Numbered from the stretch's first letter, positions 10,186-18,938 are shown. The stretch: DNA of 57,661 bases from an uncultured bacterium (GCA_963736115.1 CAVTNR010000013.1:1-57661), one strand, 5' to 3'. The notes: a model not told the origin generated them from the letters alone. Program-made: numbers and translations.

Positions 10186-10944
10186 TCACTGGATTTCCTT
10201 CAGTCTCCCGGCGGCGAGCCGCGCTTCTTCCGTTCCAGGGAATTCCCGCACGATTTTCTCCAGGTCGACCCTGGCGCCGGCCGTGTCGTTGAGATGGAGG
10301 CGGCAGTAAGCCGCCTTGAGACGGGCCGCGCGGACCTTTCCGCTCTTCGGATATGCTTCGATGACTTTCCGGAATTCCGCGAGCGCGGCCGCGTAATCCT
10401 TTTTCACGTAAATAATCTCGGCGATCCAGTACTGCGCATTTCCCGAGTATTCGCTGGCCGGATACAGCCGGAGGTATTCGCGGAATTCTCCGGCCGCGAG
10501 GTCGTAGTTTTTTCTGGAAAGGTCGAGATAGGCCGCGTCGTAAAGCGTTTTGGCGCTTTCCGGGGACGGCGGGGATCCGGAATCGCCGGCGGCCGCATCC
10601 CCTGCGCCGGCCGGTCTGTCGAAATTCTGCATCATCCGCGACATCCGGCTACCGGTGTCGTCGAGCAGGTTGCGCAGATACGCCGTCTCCTCCCGCAGGG
10701 TGGACATTTCGGAAAGCAGGTCCGCTTTAACGGAAGCGTTGGAGTCGCGGAGGGACTGGATGGAACGGTTGATTTCCTTGAGCTGTTCCCGCATCTGCTC
10801 ATTGTCCTTCTGCAGGCCCGTGAGGCGGTCCTGGATGGCGGCCGTATCTTCCTGAAAGCGGACGATCTCCTTTCGCGAGGCGCAGCCCGCGATCAGGCCC
10901 GCAACGAGCAGAAGTATCGGGAATAAACCGGTCTGTTCTTTCAA
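10186..10944 (-). CDS. cpoB: Tol-Pal system protein CpoB/YbgF (coiled coil plus TPR), lipoprotein-type signal
   Basis: LIAGC lipobox, coiled coil, LYDAAYLD...YPASEYSGNAQYWIAE TPR; TTG start with GGAG RBS (alternative ATG 10986). Confidence 0.88.
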   Translation of the reverse strand: MKEQTGLFPILLLVAGLIAGCASRKEIVRFQEDTAAIQDRLTGLQKDNEQMREQLKEINRSIQSLRDSNASVKADLLSEMSTLREETAYLRNLLDDTGSRMSRMMQNFDRPAGAGDAAAGDSGSPPSPESAKTLYDAAYLDLSRKNYDLAAGEFREYLRLYPASEYSGNAQYWIAEIIYVKKDYAAALAEFRKVIEAYPKSGKVRAARLKAAYCRLHLNDTAGARVDLEKIVREFPGTEEARLAAGRLKEIQ

Positions 10945-10998
10945 GGGCCACTCCGGATTATGATAAGATAACGAAAAGCAGGCCATGAATCAACCCTC

Positions 10999-12261
10999 TT
11001 ATGGACGGGAGGGGAAGGGCGACCAGGCAGGCGACAGGTTTCCGCCCCCGCGGGTGACCTGGAAAAGGCCCGTTCCGTCATGCCGCATGAGAAAGATATC
11101 CCAGCGTCCCCCCGGATTGGCCGAAAACGCGATGTGCAGGCCGTTCGGAGACCAGCAGGGATCCTCGTGCGAATACGGATCGTCCGTCAGCTGCACGCGG
11201 TTCTCGCCGTTCACGTCGATGACGCAGACCTGAAAACCGCTCCGGTCCCGGGTCACATAGGCGATGCGGTCGCCTTTCGGCGACCACGCGGGCGAATCGT
11301 TGTACCCGCCCTCCCAGGTCAGGCGTCTCACGTTGCCGCCCGAGGCGTCCATCAGGTAGATCTGGGGCGAGCCGCTGCGGTCCGAGGTGAAGGCGATCTC
11401 GCGTCCGTCCGGGGACCAGGCGGGCGAGCAGTCGATGGCCGGATTGTCGGTGAGCCTGCGGAGCGCGCCGCCGGTCCCGTCCGCGCAGAACAGGTCCGGG
11501 TTGCCGTTCGTGGTGAGGGTGAATGCGATCTGATTCCCGTCCGGTGACCAGGCCGGCGAAGTCTGCATGCCCCCGGCCGCGGTGAACCGGGCCGGACGCC
11601 CGGCTTCCAGGTCGAATACAGCCAGCCTCGGCCGGCCGGACGCGTAACTCGTATAGCAGAGCCGTCTTCCGTCCGGGGACCAGCAGGGCGACAGATTCAG
11701 CGAGTCGTCCAGGGATACGCGGCGGATGTCCTCTCCGTCCATGTCCGAAACGAAGACCGTGCCGGCCCGTCGGCGCTTGCCGACATAGGCGATGCGGGTC
11801 GATGCGATTCCCCGCTCTCCCGTGAGATGCAGGAGTACGGCGTCGGCCCATTCATGCGCCCGCACGCGGAAATCCGCGTCTGTGGCGCGGAACACGCTTT
11901 CGAGGATCACGGATTTGGTTGAGGCGTCCTTCAGCCTGGCGCGTATCTCCACACCGCCGTCCTTCGCGGAACACCGGGTTTCGAGAAAAGCCGATGCCTC
12001 CCGGGGCACGGCGCCGGACGGCGCGGGCAGAACACGGATCAGTCCGCTGAAGTCCAGATCGGCGATGAGGATGTCCCGCATCCGCGGGATCCATGCGGCA
12101 TGGCGCACGGATTCGAAAGGGGGAACGGCGACCGGGATGGCGGTGAAAGCGCCGGTCTGGACCTTCAGATAATAATCCTTCTGTCCGGCCGCGGCGGGCA
12201 GGACCGTTATCAACAGCAGGCAGACAGCGGCCCGTATCACAGAGAACATGCGGTTTCTCAC
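10999..12261 (-). CDS. tolB: TolB beta-propeller protein
   Basis: IPVAVPPF, ADLDFSG, LTGERGIASTRIAYV and repeated SPAWSPDG (PD40) motifs. Confidence 0.93.
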   Translation of the reverse strand: MRNRMFSVIRAAVCLLLITVLPAAAGQKDYYLKVQTGAFTAIPVAVPPFESVRHAAWIPRMRDILIADLDFSGLIRVLPAPSGAVPREASAFLETRCSAKDGGVEIRARLKDASTKSVILESVFRATDADFRVRAHEWADAVLLHLTGERGIASTRIAYVGKRRRAGTVFVSDMDGEDIRRVSLDDSLNLSPCWSPDGRRLCYTSYASGRPRLAVFDLEAGRPARFTAAGGMQTSPAWSPDGNQIAFTLTTNGNPDLFCADGTGGALRRLTDNPAIDCSPAWSPDGREIAFTSDRSGSPQIYLMDASGGNVRRLTWEGGYNDSPAWSPKGDRIAYVTRDRSGFQVCVIDVNGENRVQLTDDPYSHEDPCWSPNGLHIAFSANPGGRWDIFLMRHDGTGLFQVTRGGGNLSPAWSPFPSRP

Positions 12262-12884
12262 GGAAGCGCCTCGAATGTGACATGTATTTTCAGAAGGTCC
12301 TGCGCCATGCCGCCGGGCGGTGGAGGAAACCGGCCCGCGTTCATGACCGCCCTGAGCGCTGCCTGATCAAAAAGGTAGAAACCGGTCTGGGCCTCGAGTT
12401 CCACGTCCGATACGCGGCCGTCCCGGTGAATGGTGAAACCGACCTGCGCCGTCCGGGACTCCAGGCCCCCGGTCCGTCTGTGCGGAGGGGACCAGTTTTC
12501 CTGTATCCGGAGACGGATCAGATTCAGGTAGTAGGCATAGGGAAACGATCCGCCTTCGACGCGCACGGTCGGCTCGGACGCGGGTCCGGGCTTCCGGTCC
12601 CCGGAAACGGACGGCTTTCTGTCCGCGCGGGAGGGTGACGGTTCCGGCGGCTTCTCGACGGGCCGCTTTTTCTCGGGTTCAGGCGAATTCTCCTGCGGGA
12701 CAACAGACGCGGCCGGCGCCGCATCCGGTTCCGGCCCTGCTTCTTCCTCAGGGGCAGGCGCCATATGGAGAGAAACGCGCAGGAACGGCGCCGGTTCCGG
12801 ATGGAAGGGCGTCCAGCGGCCGAGAAAAAGCGACCCGAAAAAACATGCATGCAAACCGAAGGAGAGCGTCAACCAGCGTTTCAT
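12258..12884 (-). CDS. tolA: Short TolA/TonB-family energy transducer
   Basis: TM with SxxLH (LSFGLHA), Pro/Glu-rich linker, C-domain YLNLIRLRIQENW...FDQAALRAV; between tolR and tolB. Confidence 0.75.
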   Translation of the reverse strand: MKRWLTLSFGLHACFFGSLFLGRWTPFHPEPAPFLRVSLHMAPAPEEEAGPEPDAAPAASVVPQENSPEPEKKRPVEKPPEPSPSRADRKPSVSGDRKPGPASEPTVRVEGGSFPYAYYLNLIRLRIQENWSPPHRRTGGLESRTAQVGFTIHRDGRVSDVELEAQTGFYLFDQAALRAVMNAGRFPPPPGGMAQDLLKIHVTFEALP

Positions 12885-13282
12885 GGGACAGGTCCGGGCG
12901 AAACCACGAGCCCCACGTCCGGTATGTCCGCCCGGCGGATGCGGTCCATCACCTCAATGACCCGGCCGTACGGGAGTGCCTGATCCGCTTCCAGCAGAAC
13001 CGGCCGACCCGGAGACTCGATACGGATGCGGACGAGAACGGCGCGCAGATCGTCCGGGGGCACGGGTTTTTGATCCACGAACAGGCCGCCCTCCGCATCC
13101 AGTGTCACGAGAACCGGGCTGCCGGCCGGCACGGGCGGAGCTGAGGCCCTGGGCAGGCGGACCGGAATGCCGCCTTTGAACGCGGGCGCCGCGATGATGA
13201 AGACAATCAGCAGAACCAGCGCCACGTCCACCAGATTGGTGACATTGATGTCCGCGATCGGCGCGATCCGCTCCCGTCTCAT
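12881..13282 (-). CDS. tolR: TolR/ExbD family protein
   Basis: DINVTNLVDVALVLLIVFII; ADQALPYGRVIEVMD. Confidence 0.88.
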   Translation of the reverse strand: MRRERIAPIADINVTNLVDVALVLLIVFIIAAPAFKGGIPVRLPRASAPPVPAGSPVLVTLDAEGGLFVDQKPVPPDDLRAVLVRIRIESPGRPVLLEADQALPYGRVIEVMDRIRRADIPDVGLVVSPGPVP

Positions 13283-13956
13283 GCCGCGCCTTCCCCGTCG
13301 AACCGTTTTTTCGATTCATCCGAGAAAATGTCGAGCTTGTCCTCGATTCTCCTCAGTTCCGCGGCTGTCCAGTTGTGGGCCGCGAGCGCCGGTATCGCGA
13401 CGGCCAGTCCCGCGGCTGTGGTGATGAGCGCCTCGGCGATGCCCGGGCCGACGGCCGAGAGCTCAGCCGTTCCCTGGAGGCCGATCTGAATGAAGGATTC
13501 CATGACACCCCAGACAGTTCCGAAAAGCCCGAGAAAAGGGCTGATCCCCACGATCGTGGAAAGCAATGTCAGGTTTCGCGACGGAAAGTCCAACGCCTCG
13601 GAGAGCGTGGAACGCACCAGGAGCGCCGTATCCGGCGCGATCGGCGCGGACACGCTACGTTCTGCGGCGGCCGCCTGCCGTTTCTGCCGGAATGCATGGT
13701 ACTCCCGGTATGCCCGCATGTAGAAAACAGCCGAGGCGCAATGCGGGTATTCTCGGCTCAGCCTGTACAGGTCCGCACTGCCGGGATTTTTCCGGACGAC
13801 CGCATCGAAGGCTTTTGACTGGACGCGGATTTTCCTGAATGCGAAGATTTTTTCAAGGATCACGGCCCATGAAATGACGGACAGAATACCCAGTACGATC
13901 AGTACCGATCGTGCAACCCAGCCTGTATTGAGGATGAGGCTGATGATGTTTCCCAT
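13279..13956 (-). CDS. tolQ: TolQ (MotA/TolQ/ExbB proton channel)
   Basis: SPFLGLFGTVWGVM; VGPGIAEALITTAAGLAVAIPA. Confidence 0.92.
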   Translation of the reverse strand: MGNIISLILNTGWVARSVLIVLGILSVISWAVILEKIFAFRKIRVQSKAFDAVVRKNPGSADLYRLSREYPHCASAVFYMRAYREYHAFRQKRQAAAAERSVSAPIAPDTALLVRSTLSEALDFPSRNLTLLSTIVGISPFLGLFGTVWGVMESFIQIGLQGTAELSAVGPGIAEALITTAAGLAVAIPALAAHNWTAAELRRIEDKLDIFSDESKKRFDGEGAA

Positions 13957-14008
13957 GGCGGATGAACCTCCAGACGGTTATGTGGAACGGGCCTTGCCAC
14001 AATAATGG

Positions 14009-14023
14009 GCAAATGAAATGCCA
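14009..14023 (-). promoter_or_regulatory. Putative sigma54 (-24/-12) promoter for the tolQ operon
   Basis: Minus strand TGGCATTTCATTTGC = TGGCA-N6-TTGC with exact GG-N10-GC spacing, ~50 nt upstream of the tolQ ATG. Confidence 0.7.
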
Positions 14024-14126
14024 TTTCAGCCATCTTGCCGTAAACGGTTGTATTTTTCCGGATAAGTGTTTATCTTTCCGATGGTTCAAGGGACGTTAAT
14101 TCGATGTTTATTCAAGGGGATAACCC

Positions 14127-15614
14127 GTGAAGTGGAATATCAGGCCCAGGATGATAGCCGGTTTCGTCAGCATGAGCCTGTTATTCATTATATTCGGGGC
14201 TGTGGCCATATTATATACAGACCGCATGCTGGGGAAGACGCGGGACATGTTCAAGGAGAATGTTTCCAGCCTCAAGGCTGCTGAAGAACTGGAAATCGCG
14301 CTCCTCGACATGAAAGGGATTGCGGCCAATTATCTTCTGGACGGGCAGACGCAATGGCTGAACATTTTCAGGGAAAAGGACAGGATATTCCGCAGATGGT
14401 TCGGCGTGGCCTGGGCGCAGGCCCGCACCGAAGAGGAAAGACAGCTCCTGTCGGAAACAGAAGCACTGTTCGGCCGCTATCAGAGTCAGTACCGGTCCAT
14501 GCGCAGGCTCCACCAGGAGGGGGATGCGGCGGCCGCGCGACTGATTCTGACCGGCCCCATGCGGGACACGTTCAGCGCGATCTACGAGAAATGCGAGAAT
14601 TACCTCTTCATCAACGAAAAGATCATGCACCGCACCCGCGAACAAATGGAGCGGGAGAACCGCATTGTCAGAACCGTCATGATCGTTTTTGCGGTTGGAA
14701 GCATCCTGCTGGGCCTCGTCTTCGGCGTTCTATTCGCGAGGAGCATCACCCAGCCGCTGTACCGTCTGATCGTGAACGTCAAAAGCGCGACGGAGGAAAA
14801 TGTCCTGGAAGAAATGGACATTTCCGACGAATCCGAGTTTGACAAGCTGGATAAGCACATCCGCATGCTGATTGAACGGATCCATCGGACGAACCGCGAT
14901 CTGAGCCAGAGCCGCCGCCTGCTGATCCACTCGGAGAAGCTGGCCATGCTCGGATCCGTGGCCGCGGGGCTCGCGCACGAGATACGCAACCCCCTGACGT
15001 CCATCAAGATGCTGATCTACTCCCTCCGGGACAAGGCCGGGGGGCATACCCGGATCAGCCGGGATTACGAGGTCATTCTCCAGCAGATCACGCGCATGGA
15101 GTCCTTTCTGCAGAGTTTTCTCGACTTTGCCCGGCCTCCGGAACCGGAATTCAAGGATGTCCGGCTCAGGGAGACGCTCGATCAGGCCCTGCACCTGATG
15201 CGGCCGCAGATCGAGGGCGCCCGCATCAGGCTGAAAACGCAATGGATCGAGCCGGATCCGGTCGTATGCGCGGATCCCGGCCAGTTGAAGCAGGTCGTGG
15301 CCAATCTGATACTCAATGCCTTACAGTCGATGGCCGGCGGCGGCCGGCTGTCGATCGAAACCGCAGTGACCGGGGGTCAGGGCGGTCAGGCCGAAATCCG
15401 AATTTCGGACAACGGTCCCGGGATTCCGGAGGAATTACTGCCGTCCGTTTTCGAGCCCTTCACCACCACCAAAGAGAGTGGAACCGGTCTCGGCCTGGCG
15501 ATCAGCCAGCAGATTGTCAAGAATCACGGGGGGATCGTGCGGGCAGAAAACATCAGGCCCCGAGGCGCCCGGTTCATCGTTCAATTGCCGTTAGCGGAGA
15601 GGCCTGCCGAATGA
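14127..15614 (+). CDS. Membrane sensor histidine kinase (periplasmic four-helix-bundle sensor, HisKA, HATPase)
   Basis: Two TMs flanking a helical domain; AHEIRNPL, NLILNALQ, DNGPGI and GTGLGL boxes. Confidence 0.93.
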   Translation: MKWNIRPRMIAGFVSMSLLFIIFGAVAILYTDRMLGKTRDMFKENVSSLKAAEELEIALLDMKGIAANYLLDGQTQWLNIFREKDRIFRRWFGVAWAQARTEEERQLLSETEALFGRYQSQYRSMRRLHQEGDAAAARLILTGPMRDTFSAIYEKCENYLFINEKIMHRTREQMERENRIVRTVMIVFAVGSILLGLVFGVLFARSITQPLYRLIVNVKSATEENVLEEMDISDESEFDKLDKHIRMLIERIHRTNRDLSQSRRLLIHSEKLAMLGSVAAGLAHEIRNPLTSIKMLIYSLRDKAGGHTRISRDYEVILQQITRMESFLQSFLDFARPPEPEFKDVRLRETLDQALHLMRPQIEGARIRLKTQWIEPDPVVCADPGQLKQVVANLILNALQSMAGGGRLSIETAVTGGQGGQAEIRISDNGPGIPEELLPSVFEPFTTTKESGTGLGLAISQQIVKNHGGIVRAENIRPRGARFIVQLPLAERPAE

Positions 15615-17035
15615 AAAGCCAGATACTCATTGTTGACGACGAGGAAAGCGTCCGGTATTCCTTCATGCGTTTTCTCCAGGACCAGCCGTTCGAGGTCATC
15701 GAGGCGGCCAGCGGGGAGGAGGCGCTGAGCCGGTGCACAGGCCGCATTTTCGACCTCATCTTCCTCGACATCAAACTTCCCGATCGGTCCGGTCTCGATG
15801 TGCTCAAAGAGATCCGGGAAAAGGATCCCAAGGCGACGGTCATCGTCATGACGGCCTTCGGCACGACCGATACGGCCATACAGGCCACCAAATACGGCGC
15901 CTATGACTATGTGCTCAAGCCTTTTGATATGCCGGCCATCGAGAGTCTCATCCGCAACGGCCTGAAGAACAACTATATCCTGCGCAGAAAGGTTACCTTT
16001 CGGCCGCAGGAAACGGCGGCAGAGGCCGGCGCGGACCGCATCATCGGGCGGTCCGCGCCCATGCAGAACCTCTACAAGATCATCGGCAAAGTGGCGGAAA
16101 GCAACGTCACCGTGCTTCTGCGGGGGGAGAGCGGAACCGGAAAGGAACTGATCGCCAGGGCCGTTTACCAGCACAGCGGAAGGGCGGACCGGTCCTTCCT
16201 GGCCGTGAACTGCGCCGCCATCCCCGAGACGCTTCTCGAGAGCGAACTGTTCGGCTACGAGAAGGGGGCGTTTACCGGAGCGGTCCGCCGCAGGATCGGC
16301 AAATTCGAACAGGCCGACCGGGGCACGCTTTTTCTGGACGAAATCGGTGATATGTCGCTTTCCACGCAGGCCAAGATACTCCGGGTGCTCCAAGAGGGAC
16401 GGTTCGAGCCCCTGGGGAGCGAAAAAACAGTGACGGTCGACGTCCGCGTCATCGCCGCGACGAACCGGAATCTTGAGAAGGGAATCCGCGAAGGCGGATT
16501 CCGAGAGGATCTGTATTACCGGATCAAGGTGGTCTCCATCCAACTGCCCCCCTTGCGCGAGCGGATACAGGACCTGGAGGAGCTGACCGGCTATTTTCTG
16601 GACAAATACGGAAACGCATACCGGAATGAGGTCATGAAGCTCGCCCCCGGACTTCTGGAGGAGATGCGGAATTATCCCTGGCCCGGGAACATCCGGGAAC
16701 TGGAGAATGTCCTGAAGCGGGCGGTTCTGCTCAGCAAGACCAGCGTCATTCCGAAGGAACTGATGCAGGAGGAACTGGAGCATCGTGCCGCGCAAGCGGA
16801 GGCGGACACCGATCCTGCGGACCCCGATGAGGCCGTCGAACCGGGAGAGAACGGGCCGCGACCGGAAGGCATCACTCTTTATGAAGCCGTGATGTCCAGG
16901 ACGGAGAAAAAGCTTATTTCACGGGTACTGAAAGAGACGAGGGGCAATCAGGTGCAGACAGCGAAAATACTGGGCATTTCCCGTATGACTCTGCGTAAAA
17001 AAATCAAAAAATATGGAATGGAGGATACGCCATAA
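15611..17035 (+). CDS. NtrC/AtoC-family sigma54-dependent response regulator
   Basis: Receiver (ILIVDDE, LDIKLPD), GESGTGKE, GAFTGA, FLDEIG, WPGNIREL, Fis-type HTH; overlaps the kinase stop (ATGA). Confidence 0.96.
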   Translation: MKSQILIVDDEESVRYSFMRFLQDQPFEVIEAASGEEALSRCTGRIFDLIFLDIKLPDRSGLDVLKEIREKDPKATVIVMTAFGTTDTAIQATKYGAYDYVLKPFDMPAIESLIRNGLKNNYILRRKVTFRPQETAAEAGADRIIGRSAPMQNLYKIIGKVAESNVTVLLRGESGTGKELIARAVYQHSGRADRSFLAVNCAAIPETLLESELFGYEKGAFTGAVRRRIGKFEQADRGTLFLDEIGDMSLSTQAKILRVLQEGRFEPLGSEKTVTVDVRVIAATNRNLEKGIREGGFREDLYYRIKVVSIQLPPLRERIQDLEELTGYFLDKYGNAYRNEVMKLAPGLLEEMRNYPWPGNIRELENVLKRAVLLSKTSVIPKELMQEELEHRAAQAEADTDPADPDEAVEPGENGPRPEGITLYEAVMSRTEKKLISRVLKETRGNQVQTAKILGISRMTLRKKIKKYGMEDTP

Positions 17036-17041
17036 ACAAAT

Positions 17042-17078
17042 TGTATAGATCATGGACAATCTGTAAATAGATTGGACA
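17042..17078. promoter_or_regulatory. Tandem candidate enhancer (UAS) sites for a sigma54 activator
   Basis: TGTATAGATCATGGACA (17042-17058) and TGTAAATAGATTGGACA (17062-17078): both TGTA-N8-GGACA, 20 bp apart, 80-115 bp upstream of a sigma54-like site. Confidence 0.5.
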
Positions 17079-17156
17079 TCCACTTTTCATAGCCCTCCAG
17101 AATTCCGCAAAATACAAATATTTAATAATATTAGATTTGTGCATTATGCCGGGTTT

Positions 17157-17171
17157 CGGCACAAAAATTGT
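17157..17171 (+). promoter_or_regulatory. Putative sigma54 promoter for the lipoprotein-pal operon
   Basis: CGGCACAAAAATTGT (GG-N10-GT, one deviation at -12); IHF-like TATTAAATATTTG on the minus strand at 17115-17127. Confidence 0.5.
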
Positions 17172-17219
17172 TTTAATCCTGCTGAAAGGGGCGCGCCCCC
17201 TCCTGCATGGAAAGGCGAT

Positions 17220-17744
17220 ATGAACCGATTGTTTCCACTCATTTGTGCAGTGCTGATGGGAATGAGTTGCGGCTCTATCCATGAAACTCCGCAATCGGAC
17301 CCTGTTCTGGATGACTGCTCCCTGGATGCGGTTCTTGAAAAATCAACGCATATCCAGTCCCTGCTCGAAGGGGCTGTGCGTTACGAAAAGAACGGAAACG
17401 CAGTGGCCGCGTCGAGAAACTGGCGTCAGGCCAGGGCTGAGTATTATCCTTTTCATTACTTTTATCTGCCTCTGGGCAATGCAAAAATCCGCATTTCCCA
17501 GGCGGCGAGATGCCATGCCATGCATGATCCTGCGGGCGCCGAGGCGGAACTCACCCGTACTCGGCTGATTCTGCTTGAGGTCCGGTCGAAAATGACCGGT
17601 CATAATATCCGGGGAATTGACCAGCTGTTGACGGATACGGAGAGCCTGGAAAAGGATATCCGGACCTTGAAGCAGGGAAGTGAACGTTTCGTCTCCCTGG
17701 CGTCGGAGATCAATGACCTGGTTTCCATTCAAACAATCAGATAG
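17220..17744 (+). CDS. Hypothetical alpha-helical lipoprotein
   Basis: MNRLFPLICAVLMGMSC lipobox; AAAGG RBS; 19 nt before pal. Confidence 0.7.
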   Translation: MNRLFPLICAVLMGMSCGSIHETPQSDPVLDDCSLDAVLEKSTHIQSLLEGAVRYEKNGNAVAASRNWRQARAEYYPFHYFYLPLGNAKIRISQAARCHAMHDPAGAEAELTRTRLILLEVRSKMTGHNIRGIDQLLTDTESLEKDIRTLKQGSERFVSLASEINDLVSIQTIR

Positions 17745-17763
17745 ATAGAACGGGGGCGGTTAA

Positions 17764-18273
17764 ATGAAAAACTGGATTCTTACGGTCTTGGCGGCATCCG
17801 TCCTGATGGCGGGATGCAGTAAACAGGTTCAGAAAAATCCGGACGGTGAAGGCAGCATTACGGAGGAGAAAGTGAAGGCGCCCGCGGAACCGCGTCAGGA
17901 GAGGCAGGCGGAACCCAGGCCGGAAAAGAGCGGCGCCGGAATCATACTGGACAACGTGTACTTCGACTATGACCAGCATTCGCTGACGTCCCAGACCCGC
18001 GGCATACTCGCCGGGCACAGCCGGACGCTCAGGGAAAATCCGGATCTCCGGATCCGGATCGAGGGGCATTGTGACGAACGCGGCACCATCGAATACAACC
18101 TGGCTCTCGGGGAGCGCCGTGCGGTTTCCGTGAAGCGGTATCTGACGGACGCCGGAGTGGACGAAAGGCGCATCTCGACCATCAGCTACGGCAAGGAGCG
18201 TCTTGCGGATCCCGGGCAGAACGAGCAGGCATGGGCTCTGAACCGGCGTGCGGTATTCATCATCACCCGCTGA
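17764..18273 (+). CDS. pal: Peptidoglycan-associated lipoprotein Pal
   Basis: LMAGC lipobox; VYFDYD, IEGHCDERGTIEYNLALGERRA, SYGKE, NRRA. Confidence 0.96.
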   Translation: MKNWILTVLAASVLMAGCSKQVQKNPDGEGSITEEKVKAPAEPRQERQAEPRPEKSGAGIILDNVYFDYDQHSLTSQTRGILAGHSRTLRENPDLRIRIEGHCDERGTIEYNLALGERRAVSVKRYLTDAGVDERRISTISYGKERLADPGQNEQAWALNRRAVFIITR

Positions 18274-18328
18274 CGACCGGGGCGGTTTTCTTCAACATCA
18301 TCACATCTTCACCTCTTCACCGTTTGGC

Positions 18329-18364
18329 AGGCCATCCGAGGCGCAACCCGGATGGCCTTTTTTT
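18329..18364 (+). terminator. Rho-independent terminator after pal
   Basis: AGGCCATCCG/CGGATGGCCT stem followed by a T-tract. Confidence 0.82.
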
Positions 18365-18366
18365 AT

Positions 18367-18396
18367 TGAGTGACGCACCTTAAGGTGCGTCGCTCA
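18367..18396. repeat. Intergenic palindrome (perfect 20-bp core)
   Basis: GACGCACCTTAAGGTGCGTC (18372-18391), extendable to 30 bp with one mismatch. Confidence 0.75.
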
Positions 18397-18579
18397 TCGG
18401 GGGATCGTAACCGGAGATATCCGGAAAGGAAAAGACGCCTGAGAATCAAAAAAAGTAGAAATAGGCATGTTAAAAACTGACATATTTCTCATGATTTCCT
18501 AACAGGCGGGGCGTACATTGTTCTCCTGAGAGCGGCGGACGGTCATGTCCGCGGCGGAATGAAAACCAAGGGAGAACAC

Positions 18580-18795
18580 ATGGCCCACCTGTTCATTGAC
18601 GACGGAACCATCGATTCCGAAGAGTACGCGAGCAATTACATCCATTTCGACGGGAGTGATCCGGATTGCGTCAGGCGTATGCAGTCGCTCGCCAGGCATC
18701 TGTCCGAATCTACTCCCGAGAAAAGGCAGGACATCATGGACCGGGTGCAGTCGCGAAAGCGGAAAATGTGGGGGTGTCCAAAAAGGCCATTTTAG
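18580..18795 (+). CDS. Small hypothetical protein whose last codons lie within the MITE end
   Basis: AGGGAGA RBS then MAHLFIDDGTIDSEEYASNYIHF...; no family recognised. Confidence 0.4.
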   Translation: MAHLFIDDGTIDSEEYASNYIHFDGSDPDCVRRMQSLARHLSESTPEKRQDIMDRVQSRKRKMWGCPKRPF

Positions 18796-18927
18796 CGATA
18801 ATCCGCTCGCCGAGCGGAGTCGAGGCGAGCTGTAAATCCGCCATTTAGCGCTCTTCGATGGAGTTTACCCCTCGACTTGATCGAGGGGCTCAGGGCGCGG
18901 GTAGATGGACTTTTTGGACAGCCCCAC
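18768..18927. mobile_element. Putative 160-bp MITE with 23-bp terminal inverted repeats
   Basis: Left GTGGGGGTGTCCAAAAAGGCCAT versus reverse complement of right GTGGGGCTGTCCAAAAAGTCCAT (21/23); no transposase; internal hairpins. Confidence 0.65.
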
Positions 18928-18938
18928 GGTCCTGACCT

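Noticed and set aside
12258-13956. TonB-ExbB-ExbD rather than TolA-TolQ-TolR
   Set aside because: Adjacent tolB and cpoB, nearby pal and the TVWG motif favour Tol, although the short TolA is TonB-like.
15242-15610. N-terminal extensions in the ORF track (response regulator from 15242; similarly 21285, 22202, 6560, 55773, 581)
   Set aside because: They overlap upstream genes; downstream ATGs fit domain starts and stop-start coupling.
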